The translations under genes were made by a program, and so were the position numbers. Source: Candidatus Woesearchaeota archaeon (GTDB lineage Archaea > Nanobdellota > Nanobdellia > Pacearchaeales > GW2011-AR1). Taken from it: a stretch of DNA of 64,000 bases. Where the stretch lies: contig CAZHMB010000001.1 of the NCBI GenBank assembly GCA_964533515.1, positions 8,640-72,639 on the forward strand, given 5' to 3'. The stretch's first letter is position 1, and every line of letters begins with the position of its first letter. Below the pieces are notes generated by a model, which saw nothing but the letters and a program-made list of their open reading frames with translations, searched no databases and was not told the origin of the DNA. Below, in pieces: positions 26,506 to 36,579 of the stretch.

Positions 26506-27123
26506 ATGCCCTTAAAAAAATCTAAGAAAACAAAGAAAGTGAAAAAAATGCATGGGAAAGGAAGAGGAACTCATGGAACAGGTTCAAGAAAGAATAAAAG
26601 GAAATCTGGGAACCGTGGCGGATGTGGAATGGCTGGAACTGGAAAACGAGCAGACCATAGAAAAACATGGGTTACAATGATGTATGGACATGATTATTTT
26701 GGAAAAGCAGGAATAACTTCACGAGGGACAAAGAGAGATAAAAGAAACAGAATCAATTTGATGGCGATAAAAGAAAAGTTTTTCAAGAAAGACGGGGACA
26801 AAATAGAATTGAAGAGCTTTAAGATTCTTTCAGAAGGCGAAGGTTTCAAAGCAACTATCATTGCTCAAGCAGCTTCTAAAAACGCTATCGAGAAAATGAA
26901 AAAAGCTGGTGGCGAGATTCAAGTTCCTAAGATTGTTGCACCGCTCGGTGTACCCCAAAGTACGGAATTCGGGGGCAAGAAAGAAGTGAAGGGCGAAGGT
27001 GGAAAGAATTCTAAGGAGAAGAAGGATTCTAAGGAAAAGCCGAGTGAGGTTAAAGTTGAGAAGAAGGAAGTTAAGGCCAAGGTTGTCAAAAAGATAAAAC
27101 CTGAAGAAGCTAAAAAAGAATAA
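26506..27123 (+). CDS. rpl15: 50S ribosomal protein L15 with K/E-rich tail
   Basis: GNRGGCGMAG, YFGKAG, AIEKMKKAGG. Confidence 0.94.
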   Translation: MPLKKSKKTKKVKKMHGKGRGTHGTGSRKNKRKSGNRGGCGMAGTGKRADHRKTWVTMMYGHDYFGKAGITSRGTKRDKRNRINLMAIKEKFFKKDGDKIELKSFKILSEGEGFKATIIAQAASKNAIEKMKKAGGEIQVPKIVAPLGVPQSTEFGGKKEVKGEGGKNSKEKKDSKEKPSEVKVEKKEVKAKVVKKIKPEEAKKE

Positions 27124-27167
27124 TCACCCCGCATAAACTTTAAAAACCAATTTCTTCTCAATAAAAC

Positions 27168-28661
27168 ATGTCATTAAGAAGCATATTCAATTTTATCCCC
27201 GAGGTGCGGAAACCCGAGGAAAAGAAAGTTAGTTTTAACGTTAAACTTAAATGGACAATTATAATCCTTGCTTCTTTTTTTATACTAGCCAACATCCCTC
27301 TTTTCGGTTTGTCTAACAACGCTCTTGAGCGATTCAAATATCTTGCGATCATACTTGGTACTCAATTCGGAAGTATTATCTCATTGGGTATTGGGCCGAT
27401 CGTAATGGCTTCGATTATTCTGCAATTATTGACGGGAAGTGGGATTATTAATATTGATCAGTCAACAGCAGAAGGAAAGAAATTTTTTCAGGGGATCCAA
27501 AAGTTATTAGTTTTCTTTTTCATCATATTCGAGGCAATTATTTACGTTATGCTTCAAGGGCTTCAGGCATTGCCTGGCTTGGGCTGGCTTGTTATAATTC
27601 AACTTATCTTGGGTGGTCTGGCTATTTTCTATATGGACGATCTTGTGCAAAAATGGGGTTTCGGTTCGGGAGTTAGTTTGTTCATCGCGGCAGGTGTTTC
27701 ATGGAGATTAATAACCCAGGCGTTCCAATTTGTGAACCAGCAAGGACAAAATTGTTTATTGAATTTCTCTGGAACTGGTGCTGTTGCTTGTCCGGGTAGG
27801 GTTTTATCTTTAATGCAAGAACTGATCTTGCAACATCCTATAGAAGTTGTTTCAGCAGCAGCAGCAATTGTTGCAACGATTGTCATCTTTTTGGCTGTTG
27901 TTTGGGCACAATCATTGAAGGTTGAAATCCCCTTGAGTTTTGGAAGTGGAATGTATAGTAATAGGGGAATTAGAAAAGGTTATGGTGTTAAATGGCCCTT
28001 GTCATTTTTCTATGCTGGAGTTATTCCGGTTATTTTAACGGCCGCCTTAATCGCAAATGTTCAATTGTTTGGGGGGATGGTAGAAAATGCGGCTGCACCT
28101 TGTATCAATCCGGTTGTTAATTCAACGCTTGTAGAAAGCGCTTGTACTGGCGGAGCGAGAGTTGCTTCATGGTTTACTTTCTTAGGGAGTTTTTCTCAAG
28201 GGCAGGCAGTTTCAGGACTTGCGTTTTGGATGGGCTCGACAAATCTTCTTGAGCTGATAATTCGTGGGGGCGTTCTTCCCAAATTTATTTTCCAGGGGCT
28301 GACGCACATATTGTTTTTTATGATCTTATCTACAATTTTTGCTGTGTTCTGGGTGAAAACTTCGGGACAAGATTCAAAAAGCCAGGCAGAAAAAATTGCG
28401 GCTTCGGGATTGCAAGTTGCAGGCTTTAGACAAGACATAAGGATTTTAGAAAGTATATTGGATAGGTATGTAATGCCCTTGACGATTATGGGTGGTGCTA
28501 CCATTGGTTTGCTCGCAGCCTCTACAGATTTGCTTGGAGCATTGGTATCTGGAACAGCCATCCTATTAGTAATTATGATTATGTTCCAGCTCTATCAAAG
28601 TATTGCGCAACAACACATGACCGATATGAATCCTGCGTTCAGGAAATTTATGGGTGGTTAA
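27168..28661 (+). CDS. secY: preprotein translocase subunit SecY
   Basis: LGIGPIVMASIILQLL, GSGVSLFIAA, GTAILL, ~10 TM. Confidence 0.96.
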   Translation: MSLRSIFNFIPEVRKPEEKKVSFNVKLKWTIIILASFFILANIPLFGLSNNALERFKYLAIILGTQFGSIISLGIGPIVMASIILQLLTGSGIINIDQSTAEGKKFFQGIQKLLVFFFIIFEAIIYVMLQGLQALPGLGWLVIIQLILGGLAIFYMDDLVQKWGFGSGVSLFIAAGVSWRLITQAFQFVNQQGQNCLLNFSGTGAVACPGRVLSLMQELILQHPIEVVSAAAAIVATIVIFLAVVWAQSLKVEIPLSFGSGMYSNRGIRKGYGVKWPLSFFYAGVIPVILTAALIANVQLFGGMVENAAAPCINPVVNSTLVESACTGGARVASWFTFLGSFSQGQAVSGLAFWMGSTNLLELIIRGGVLPKFIFQGLTHILFFMILSTIFAVFWVKTSGQDSKSQAEKIAASGLQVAGFRQDIRILESILDRYVMPLTIMGGATIGLLAASTDLLGALVSGTAILLVIMIMFQLYQSIAQQHMTDMNPAFRKFMGG

Positions 28662-28708
28662 TCATTTATCACATAAATCCTTAAATAGTCTTCAAAATTA
28701 ATTTTCTC

Positions 28709-28894
28709 ATGGCATACGGAATTAGATGTAAAAATTGTGGATTACAAGAAACTCCACACGTAGAGAGCGTGGATCCAGGTTTAGTAAATGATGATGACTT
28801 CAAGGACTTAGATCATTGTATTGAAAAGTTGGGGGGATATGAACCAGAAGACCCTGTTTCTGAAGCGATTGCTTATTTAGATGAATATGGTTAG
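28709..28894 (+). CDS. small hypothetical protein with CxxC (CKNCG..ETPH)
   Basis: ATG ~28 nt after TTAAATA, 61 aa. Confidence 0.6.
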   Translation: MAYGIRCKNCGLQETPHVESVDPGLVNDDDFKDLDHCIEKLGGYEPEDPVSEAIAYLDEYG

Positions 28895-29093
28895 AGGAAA
28901 AGTTGGTCGGAGCTGGGTAGTAAATGAAGAAGGGGACTCAATCTCAACAAGTCTTGAACTCCCAGGAGAAGGGAGAATAAAAGGATATATTCAAGACCAC
29001 CGGGAAAAGGTTGGAGAGGAGATTAGAAAAACAAAGGATTCGGAATTATTAAGAGCACTAGAGAGCGTTTGTCCTTCAAAAGTTCCTGCTTAA
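28881..29093 (+). CDS. small hypothetical protein
   Basis: 70 aa overlapping the previous ORF, may be one gene split by a frameshift. Confidence 0.5.
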   Translation: MNMVRGKVGRSWVVNEEGDSISTSLELPGEGRIKGYIQDHREKVGEEIRKTKDSELLRALESVCPSKVPA

Positions 29094-29138
29094 TCTCAAA
29101 AAAGTTACCTTTAAAAACTTCCCTAATCTTTTTTCCGT

Positions 29139-29687
29139 ATGGAAAAAGAAGGCAGTATGCATAAATTTATGTTTTGGATGGTGGGTTTTTCTTTAGTTGG
29201 TTTTGCAATTATTGGGTTGTGGAATAACATTCCTATAATCAAATCTTCAGTCCATTCTGTTTTAGATCCCAGCCTTGGAACCTTGCTTAACTGGAATGTT
29301 ACTTTAGGTATGTTAATTGTTGTTTTAGGATTGACAATTATTATGACTCTTGTTCAAAAATATGGGACGGACCAAGAAACAATTAGGGAGCTGAAAAAAG
29401 ATCAGAAAGAAGTTCAGAAAGAGATGCAGAAATATAAAGAAGATCCTCAGAAAATGATGGAGATTCAGAAATCTCTTATGCCAACGACGTTTAAGTTGAT
29501 GGAACTTTCAATGAGGGGAACAATTATTACTCTAATTCCGTTTATTCTTTTATTCAGATGGTTCTGGGATTATTTTGAAGTTATTCCGGAGTTTAGATTC
29601 TTCGGATTTCTGAGTTGGTTCTGGTTTTATCTAATCTTCTCAATTGTGTTTTCAAGTATATTGAGAAAGGTTATGGATGTTGCTTGA
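29139..29687 (+). CDS. DUF106 / EMC3-TMCO1 (Oxa1 superfamily) membrane protein
   Basis: TM, coiled coil (DQETIRELKK..QK..), TM, WFWFY. Usual position after secY. Confidence 0.9.
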   Translation: MEKEGSMHKFMFWMVGFSLVGFAIIGLWNNIPIIKSSVHSVLDPSLGTLLNWNVTLGMLIVVLGLTIIMTLVQKYGTDQETIRELKKDQKEVQKEMQKYKEDPQKMMEIQKSLMPTTFKLMELSMRGTIITLIPFILLFRWFWDYFEVIPEFRFFGFLSWFWFYLIFSIVFSSILRKVMDVA

Positions 29688-29822
29688 AAAGGCTCTGACT
29701 TGCTTCGCAAGAATTAACTGATAAAGCCTGTGAGATTTGTTCTAGAATTTTGTAATGAAGAAACTATTCTGGAAAATTTTGATTTCCAAAACTCTTAAAA
29801 ACCTATTAATTCTCAAATTTTC

Positions 29823-30227
29823 ATGGCTGAAGAGAAACAAATAGATCAACAAGAACTTATGATGAAGTTTGCGATGTTCGAGCAAGAGATTAAACAGTTA
29901 CAAGAACAACAACAAGCTGTTGAACAAGGCATGCAGGAAATTATGGCAGTAAATTTTGGTCTTGATGACTTGGTTGGAAAGAAGGGAAAAGAAATTCTTG
30001 CTCCGATTGGCCGTGGGATTTATGCTAAGGCAGAATTGAAATCTGAAGACTTGCTTGTCGACATTGGAGAAAAGAAATTTGTTTCCAAATCTATTCCAGA
30101 TGCTAAAAAATTGATTGAAAGCCAGATTAAAAAGTTGCAAGATGTTAAAAAGCAACTTGATGAAACTCTTGAAGAAAAAAGTCAAGAAGTTCAGAAAATG
30201 ATTGAAGGTGTGCAAGGTTCTGCGTGA
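29823..30227 (+). CDS. pfdA: prefoldin subunit alpha
   Basis: EILAPIGRGIY...LLVDIG beta hairpins between coiled coils. Confidence 0.93.
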   Translation: MAEEKQIDQQELMMKFAMFEQEIKQLQEQQQAVEQGMQEIMAVNFGLDDLVGKKGKEILAPIGRGIYAKAELKSEDLLVDIGEKKFVSKSIPDAKKLIESQIKKLQDVKKQLDETLEEKSQEVQKMIEGVQGSA

Positions 30228-30230
30228 TTA

Positions 30231-31064
30231 TCACTTTCCAACTTTATTCAAAAAATTGTCATAACTTTGTAAACCAAATTCTGTTACAATTCCTTTTAGG
30301 TATTTTTTTGGAACAAATTCAAAAGCCGGATTTTGGATCTTAATATCCTTGGGGGCCTGGTCCCAAACCTCGTTTAGTTCCCTATTTTCCATCGGAATGT
30401 TTTTCTTTTTTGAATGTTTCCAGCTATCGGCAATTATGTAAACGGGGATTTTGTTTTGTTTTGCAAGAATTGCAATTGTTTCACTTCCTACTTTGTTTAT
30501 TATTCCTTTGCTCGTTAAAGCGTCGGCTCCGAGGAAGACTTTGTCGACGGCTTTTGTTCCTTGTTCCTTGCTTAAAGCAATCCCGACGGCAGAGTCAACA
30601 AATTGCGTCACTGAAATCCCTGCGTTCTTCAATTCTTTTGCGGTCTTTCTTCCCTGAAACAGGGGCCGGGTTTCGGTATTATAGACTGAGAATTTTTTCT
30701 TTTTTCTTTTTGCATTGATTAACGCATTAACGACATTTGTCGAATGGCAATGTGTGAAGAGAATGTCTTCTGATTTTATTAGTTTTAAAACTGAAAGGTT
30801 TATTTTTTCTTGGCTAGAAGAGAAATGTTTTAATATTTCATTTTTTGTCTTTCCTTTTTCTGCCAAATCCAAAACATTTTCCATCATCGGTTCTGTCGGA
30901 CGAAGCTTCAAGAGTTTTTTCTTGGATTTTTTTTTCGGGATTAAACAATATGCTTTCAAGGCAGCGAGAGCGATGTTTCTGGCGCCCTGGATTTTCACTT
31001 TCTTTATGTCCTTAGAGATTCTTTTGAATTCCCTCTTCTTTTTTAACGAACTAAAAACACTCAT
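30231..31064 (-). CDS. eIF-2B-family protein, ribose-1,5-bisphosphate isomerase-like
   Basis: IQGA, RPTEP, THCHS, ETRPLFQG, GAD, NKVGS, NPAFE. Confidence 0.85.
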   Translation of the reverse strand: MSVFSSLKKKREFKRISKDIKKVKIQGARNIALAALKAYCLIPKKKSKKKLLKLRPTEPMMENVLDLAEKGKTKNEILKHFSSSQEKINLSVLKLIKSEDILFTHCHSTNVVNALINAKRKKKKFSVYNTETRPLFQGRKTAKELKNAGISVTQFVDSAVGIALSKEQGTKAVDKVFLGADALTSKGIINKVGSETIAILAKQNKIPVYIIADSWKHSKKKNIPMENRELNEVWDQAPKDIKIQNPAFEFVPKKYLKGIVTEFGLQSYDNFLNKVGK

Positions 31065-31114
31065 AGGTATATTAGATTAAGAAGGTTTAAAAAATCTATT
31101 TTTTTAGTAATTTC

Positions 31115-31978
31115 ATGTTAGAGATGTTGATTAAGCCTAAATCTGGTGAGAAGCGGCCGTGGAAGATGTTTTTTATTGGTTTGCTTTATGCGTCGTTGGC
31201 GATTATCCTTGTGCATTTCTTATTCTCAAATGATCCTGCGCTTTCAAAAGCCTCTGGTATGACTGTTATTGCGTTCTGTATAATGTTCACTTTGCCGTTC
31301 ATGTATTATATTATTAAGATTGAAGAAAAAGAAGACGAGGAGATAGAGGGAGTTTTTAGGGTTTGGCAAGCGCATAAAGATGCTTTGTTTGCATTTATGT
31401 GGTTATTCTTGGGATTTGTTGTTGCTTTTGCTTTCTGGAATATCTTTCTACAAAATCCAGATCTACTAAACTTCCAGGTTGAGACCTATTGTTATATTAA
31501 TCAGCCCGGCAATGTCCAAGGTTGCGTTAATGAATATAGTATTGGAAGTGATATAACAAGAGTTACTGGGGGTGCTGCAGGAAGCGTCGCAAGGTTTTTG
31601 TCTATCCTTGAGAATAATGTTTATGTGATGATATTTACTTTAGTCTTCTCTTTAATCTTTGGGGCGGGGGCAATCTTTATCTTGGCCTGGAATGCTTCTG
31701 TTATCGCGGCTGCCATCGGCATATTTACCCAACATCGGCTCTCAGAGATTCCTTTGGGAATTGCTAGATATATGATTCATGGTTTTCCAGAAATTGCGGC
31801 CTATTTTATAACTGCTTTAGCTGGGGGCATGTTCGGCGTTGGTTTCATAAGACACGGATTTAGGGATCAAAAATTCTTGAAGGTTGTTCAAAATGTCATA
31901 ATCCTCCTTTTTATTTCGATAGTTATTTTAGTCATAGCAGCCCTTATAGAAGTGTATATAACCCCAAGATTATTCTAG
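31115..31978 (+). CDS. stage II sporulation protein M (SpoIIM)-family membrane protein
   Basis: ILENN..V, WNASVI, HGFPEI, AALIE. Confidence 0.85.
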   Translation: MLEMLIKPKSGEKRPWKMFFIGLLYASLAIILVHFLFSNDPALSKASGMTVIAFCIMFTLPFMYYIIKIEEKEDEEIEGVFRVWQAHKDALFAFMWLFLGFVVAFAFWNIFLQNPDLLNFQVETYCYINQPGNVQGCVNEYSIGSDITRVTGGAAGSVARFLSILENNVYVMIFTLVFSLIFGAGAIFILAWNASVIAAAIGIFTQHRLSEIPLGIARYMIHGFPEIAAYFITALAGGMFGVGFIRHGFRDQKFLKVVQNVIILLFISIVILVIAALIEVYITPRLF

Positions 31979-32014
31979 AGGAATATTTAAATATCTCTCA
32001 TTCGGGTGAATCTT

Positions 32015-33058
32015 ATGGTATTTCAACAACCTTTGATAATATTAAGTTTCGTTATTAGTTTTTTAGTTGCATTAGTTGGAACTTTCTTTTGGATTAAAAA
32101 AATGAAGGAAAGGGATTTTTTGTGGGAAGATATGAACAAGCCAGGATATCCTCGAGAAGTTCCGGGTTCGGGAGGGATGGTCGTAATACTTGGTTTCTTG
32201 TTAGGGGTGTTGTATTATGTTGCTATCAGAAGTTTTATCTTCAATGTGAATGACGGAATTTCTGTTAAAATATTTGCCTTGCTTAATGTTCTTCTCATTT
32301 TGGCATTGGTTGGTTTAGTTGACGATTTTTTCCAGATTAAAAAGGCTTTTGGGGGGACAGTCCATGTGGAGGGTTTATCTACTCGATTTAGAATTATTGC
32401 TGCACTACTTGCTGCGATTCCCTTGATTGTTATTAATGCGGGAGTCTCAACCCTTGCAATCCCTTTTTTAGGGAATGTTAACTTTGGGGGGGTGTATCCT
32501 TTAATTTTAATTCCTATAGGAATCGCGGGTTCGACAATTGTTTATAATTTCTTGGCAGGGTTTGACGGATTGGAAGCGGGACAGGGAATCTTGATTTTGG
32601 GCTTTTTGAGTTATATTGCATATTCATCTGGAAATAGCTGGTTAGCTATTGTTGGGTTGTCGATGGTTGCTTCTCTTTTTGGGTTTTGGCTTTTTAATAA
32701 ATTCCCAACAACAATTCTTCCGGGGGACTCTCTTACATGGGGAGTTGGCGCTTTAATTGCATGTATGGCCATTTTGGGAAACTTTGAAAAAATTGCTTTA
32801 ATTGTTTTTATCCCATATATTATTGAATTTTATTTAAAGGCTATTCGTGGCAAGTTTAAATATTATTCATTCGGTTTACCGAATGAAGATGGAAGTTTAG
32901 AAGTCCCTTATGAAAAAATCTACGGATTAACTCACTTTGCTATTTTTTGTTTGAAAAAAATAAAACCTTCGAAAAAAGTCTATAAACAAGATGTTGTCTG
33001 GTTTATACATGGAATACAGCTTATTTTCATATTGATTGCTTGGGCCGTATTTTTATAA
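32015..33058 (+). CDS. UDP-GlcNAc:dolichyl-phosphate GlcNAc-1-phosphotransferase (MraY/GPT family, AglH-like)
   Basis: DMNK, GLVDD, NFLAGFDGLE, FNKFP...PGDS. Confidence 0.9.
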   Translation: MVFQQPLIILSFVISFLVALVGTFFWIKKMKERDFLWEDMNKPGYPREVPGSGGMVVILGFLLGVLYYVAIRSFIFNVNDGISVKIFALLNVLLILALVGLVDDFFQIKKAFGGTVHVEGLSTRFRIIAALLAAIPLIVINAGVSTLAIPFLGNVNFGGVYPLILIPIGIAGSTIVYNFLAGFDGLEAGQGILILGFLSYIAYSSGNSWLAIVGLSMVASLFGFWLFNKFPTTILPGDSLTWGVGALIACMAILGNFEKIALIVFIPYIIEFYLKAIRGKFKYYSFGLPNEDGSLEVPYEKIYGLTHFAIFCLKKIKPSKKVYKQDVVWFIHGIQLIFILIAWAVFL

Positions 33059-33112
33059 GACCTTCTGCCTGAAAATAAAACATTTTTTAAATGCCTAATA
33101 CCAAAATAGAAC

Positions 33113-34642
33113 ATGGCCAATATACAAAAAACTGTTGAAAGTTTAAGCCCTAATGAGAGAAAGATCTTGCCTTATCTGGAAGACTCCTTACAAAATATCT
33201 GCAAGAAATCCAATCTGGATAAAATTTCTGTTTTAAGATCTTTAGAATATCTTCAGAATAAAAAAATAATCTTTTTAGGGGCTGAAAAAAAGAAAATAAT
33301 AAGGCTTGATGTGAATGGGATCCTGTACAAAAAAAAGGGTCTTCCTGAAAGACGCTTGTTAAATTTGCTTGAGGATAAAAGAGTCTTGAGCTTACAGGAT
33401 GCCAGAAGTCTTTCAAAATTGAGTGACAATGAATTCAAAGCTTCTCTTGGAGTTTTAAAATCTAAGGCTATGGCTGAGCTTAAAAACGGAAAACTAATCT
33501 TAAATGCAAATCCCAAAGAGATTGGAAAAAAGAACCTTGAAGAAGTTTTGATCGAACAACTCCCTCTCGAGATTGAGAAATTGCTCCCAGAACAAGAATT
33601 TGCTTTGAAGTCTCTACAAAAACGGAAAAAGATTATAGAACTAATCGAGCAAACAAGCCACAATATTGAAATCACGGAAATGGGAAAACAATTAATAGAT
33701 TATTTCGGAAAAACGAAACAAACAGAAATGCTAGAACAGATAACTCCTGAACTTTTGAAATCTGAAAAGAATTGGAAAAATAAAAAATTCCGTCGATATG
33801 ACCTGACTAGCCCTGTCCCGGAAGTTTCCGGAGGAAAAAGACATTTTGTTAATCAATCTCTTGATTATGCTAGGAAAATTTGGACCGAACTTGGTTTTCA
33901 AGAAATGCCTGGGCCAATTGTTCAAAGTAGCTTCTGGGTTTTTGATGCACTTTTTACTGCACAAGATCACCCTGTTCGAGAGATGCAAGATACTTTTTTT
34001 CTTGATCATGTAAGTGAACTTCCAGATAAAAAACTTGTTGAAACTGTAAAGTCAACTCATGAAGAAGGTGTTGATGGGAGCAAAGGTTGGCAATATTCTT
34101 GGGATGAAGAAGAGTCAAAAAAATCTGTTTTGAGAACCCATACAACTTGCCTGTCGGCTATGAAACTTTTCGAGCTTTCAAAACTTAAGGATGAAGAAAA
34201 ACGAGGGAAATTTTTCTCATTAGGAAGAAATTTTAGAAATGAAACTATTGATTGGAGCCATGGTTTTGAATTTTATCAAACAGAAGGGATGGTTGTCGAC
34301 GAAAATGTTAACTTTCAACATCTATTGGGCTATCTAAAACAATTTTACAAAAAAATGGGTTTTGAAAAGATAAGATTTTCTCCGGCCTACTTTCCTTATA
34401 CTGAACCAAGTGTTGAAATTTCTGTTTGGCATCCTGAAAAGAAGGTCTGGCTTGAATTGGGTGGGGCCGGAATATTTCGCCCGGAGATTACAATTCCTCT
34501 TTTAGGAAAGAAGATTCCGGTTTTAGCATGGGGACAAGGTTTTGATAGAATCATAATGGATTACTACAAAACGCAAGACCTAAGAGAACTTTACAAAAAC
34601 AATATAACTAAATTGCGAGAGAAAAAGTTTTGGATAAAATAA
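33113..34642 (+). CDS. pheS: phenylalanyl-tRNA synthetase alpha subunit
   Basis: HPVREMQDTF, LRTHTT, FRNETID..H..EFYQ, YFPYTEPS. Confidence 0.97.
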   Translation: MANIQKTVESLSPNERKILPYLEDSLQNICKKSNLDKISVLRSLEYLQNKKIIFLGAEKKKIIRLDVNGILYKKKGLPERRLLNLLEDKRVLSLQDARSLSKLSDNEFKASLGVLKSKAMAELKNGKLILNANPKEIGKKNLEEVLIEQLPLEIEKLLPEQEFALKSLQKRKKIIELIEQTSHNIEITEMGKQLIDYFGKTKQTEMLEQITPELLKSEKNWKNKKFRRYDLTSPVPEVSGGKRHFVNQSLDYARKIWTELGFQEMPGPIVQSSFWVFDALFTAQDHPVREMQDTFFLDHVSELPDKKLVETVKSTHEEGVDGSKGWQYSWDEEESKKSVLRTHTTCLSAMKLFELSKLKDEEKRGKFFSLGRNFRNETIDWSHGFEFYQTEGMVVDENVNFQHLLGYLKQFYKKMGFEKIRFSPAYFPYTEPSVEISVWHPEKKVWLELGGAGIFRPEITIPLLGKKIPVLAWGQGFDRIIMDYYKTQDLRELYKNNITKLREKKFWIK

Positions 34643-34643
34643 A

Positions 34644-36341
34644 ATGGCAAACATAAAATTTTCAAAAAGTCAATTTGAAAGAGAAGTCGGAAAACTAAAC
34701 AAAGAGATGGAAGAAAAGATAGCTTTGTTTGGAACCCCTCTTGAATTTGTTACAGATGAAGAAATAGAATTAGAAATTTTCCCTAACCGCCCAGATTTAC
34801 TCTCATATCAAGGATTTAAAAGATCTTTTTTAAATTTTATAGGAAAATCAAAGGGGATAAAGAATTACAAAATCAATAAGCCTGAAAAAGATTACGAAGT
34901 GAAAGTTGATTCTTCGTTGAAAGATATTCGGCCTTTCACTGCTTGCGCAATTGTGAAGAATCTTAAACTTGATGATGAAAAGATAAAGGAAATGGTTGAT
35001 CTCCAAGAAAAACTCCATGGGACCCTTGGAAGAAATAGAAAGAAAGTTGCGATTGGGATTTATCCCTTGGAGAAAATAGAAATGCCAATCGTCTTTAAAG
35101 CCCTTGAACCGGATAAGATTAAATTTCAACCACTAGAATCTGAAAGAGAAATGACTGGGTTGCAAATATTACAAAGGCATCCTGCTGGAAGGGAATATGC
35201 CCATCTGCTTGCGGGTAAATCCAAGTTTCCAGTTTTTGTAGATGCAAAACAAAACGTTCTGAGTATGCCCCCAATAATAAATTCCCATCTTACTGGAAAG
35301 ATTACAGAAAAGACAAAAGAAGTTTTTATCGAATGCTCTGGTTTTGACTTTAATACTCTGCAAAAATGCTTGAATATAATTATCACCACTCTCGCTGACC
35401 TTGGAGGAAAAATATATCAAATAAACCTGAAACTCCCTGGACAAAGTATCGGAAACCAAGTGACTCCTAATTTAGATACTGAAAAAAATAAAATCTCTCT
35501 TGAAGCTACCAATAAACTTCTCGGATTAGATCTGAATGAAAAGCAACTCAAACAACTTCTTGAAAAGGCGGGTCATGAGTATGATACTAAAACTAAGACC
35601 GTTGAAAGTCCGGCTTGGAGAACTGATCTTTTACACGAAGTAGATTTAATTGAAGATGTAGCAATTTCTTATGGCTATCAGAATTTTGTTCCGGAGATAC
35701 CAGAAATTTCTGCAATAGGAACAGAAGATCAAAAAGAGACTGTTAAGAGAAAAATTTCTGATATCCTCGCTGGTTTAGGAATGCTTGAAACTTTAAATTA
35801 TTTTTTAACCACCCGGTCGGATCAACTTGAAAAGAATTTCTCTATATCAGAACAAGAAGTAAAAAAAGATTCTTTAATAGAAATTCAAAGTTCAAAAACC
35901 GACTATAGTTTTTTACGGAATGATTTAACACATTATGCTTTAAAAAATTTATCTGAAAATAGTGATTCGGAATATCCTCAGAAGATATTCGAAACGGGCA
36001 GAGTTTTTGAAATAGACAATCAAACTAAAAAAATTGATGAAAGTGAGAGTCTTGCTGTGGCAATGGCCCCGGGAAATTATACCGATATCAAACAAACGCT
36101 GGAATACTTATTCAAAATGTTGGGATTAGAAGAAACTTTGAAGATTGAAGATGTTCAAGATTCTAGTCCGGTCCCAGGGTATTTTGTTAAGGAGAGGGTT
36201 GCGGGGATTCTTTTTAAGAAAAAGCTAATTGGTTATATCGGAGAAATTCACCCCAAGATATTGAGAAAGTGGAAAATAAAAATGCCCGTTGCACTTTTTG
36301 AACTTTCTCTCGAGGATATTTTTGAAAACCTTGGAACATAA
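34644..36341 (+). CDS. pheT: phenylalanyl-tRNA synthetase beta subunit
   Basis: PNRPDLLS, QEKLH, SMPPIINS, RTDLLHEVDLIED. Confidence 0.96.
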   Translation: MANIKFSKSQFEREVGKLNKEMEEKIALFGTPLEFVTDEEIELEIFPNRPDLLSYQGFKRSFLNFIGKSKGIKNYKINKPEKDYEVKVDSSLKDIRPFTACAIVKNLKLDDEKIKEMVDLQEKLHGTLGRNRKKVAIGIYPLEKIEMPIVFKALEPDKIKFQPLESEREMTGLQILQRHPAGREYAHLLAGKSKFPVFVDAKQNVLSMPPIINSHLTGKITEKTKEVFIECSGFDFNTLQKCLNIIITTLADLGGKIYQINLKLPGQSIGNQVTPNLDTEKNKISLEATNKLLGLDLNEKQLKQLLEKAGHEYDTKTKTVESPAWRTDLLHEVDLIEDVAISYGYQNFVPEIPEISAIGTEDQKETVKRKISDILAGLGMLETLNYFLTTRSDQLEKNFSISEQEVKKDSLIEIQSSKTDYSFLRNDLTHYALKNLSENSDSEYPQKIFETGRVFEIDNQTKKIDESESLAVAMAPGNYTDIKQTLEYLFKMLGLEETLKIEDVQDSSPVPGYFVKERVAGILFKKKLIGYIGEIHPKILRKWKIKMPVALFELSLEDIFENLGT

Positions 36342-36371
36342 TTTTATATATCAATTTTATTTAGTTCCATC

Positions 36372-36578
36372 ATGAAAAACAACAGCCGTTCTAATGACTG
36401 TGGATGTGATCCCAGCAATATTGCGCCAAACAAGATGTGTCAATTGACAAAACAAGCGCATAAATTTGATGTCGAGAAGGTCAAAAAGTTAACTTCAAAT
36501 CCGAAGTTTATTTGCAAGTGTTGCGGAAGGACCGCAAATGACAAAGAAAATTTGTGCAGCCCTGTTTATTTAAATTGA
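36372..36578 (+). CDS. small Cys-rich protein
   Basis: PKFICKCCGRTANDKENLCSP motif, 68 aa. Confidence 0.75.
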   Translation: MKNNSRSNDCGCDPSNIAPNKMCQLTKQAHKFDVEKVKKLTSNPKFICKCCGRTANDKENLCSPVYLN

Positions 36579-36579
36579 A

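Noticed and set aside
14400..28661. Many minus-strand F/L/S-rich ORFs across the ribosomal operon and other genes
   Set aside because: Antisense shadows of A-rich coding strands, fully overlapping well-supported genes.
29698..29712. CTTGC-TTC-GCAAG mini-hairpin after DUF106
   Set aside because: Too short and single-copy here to support a feature call.
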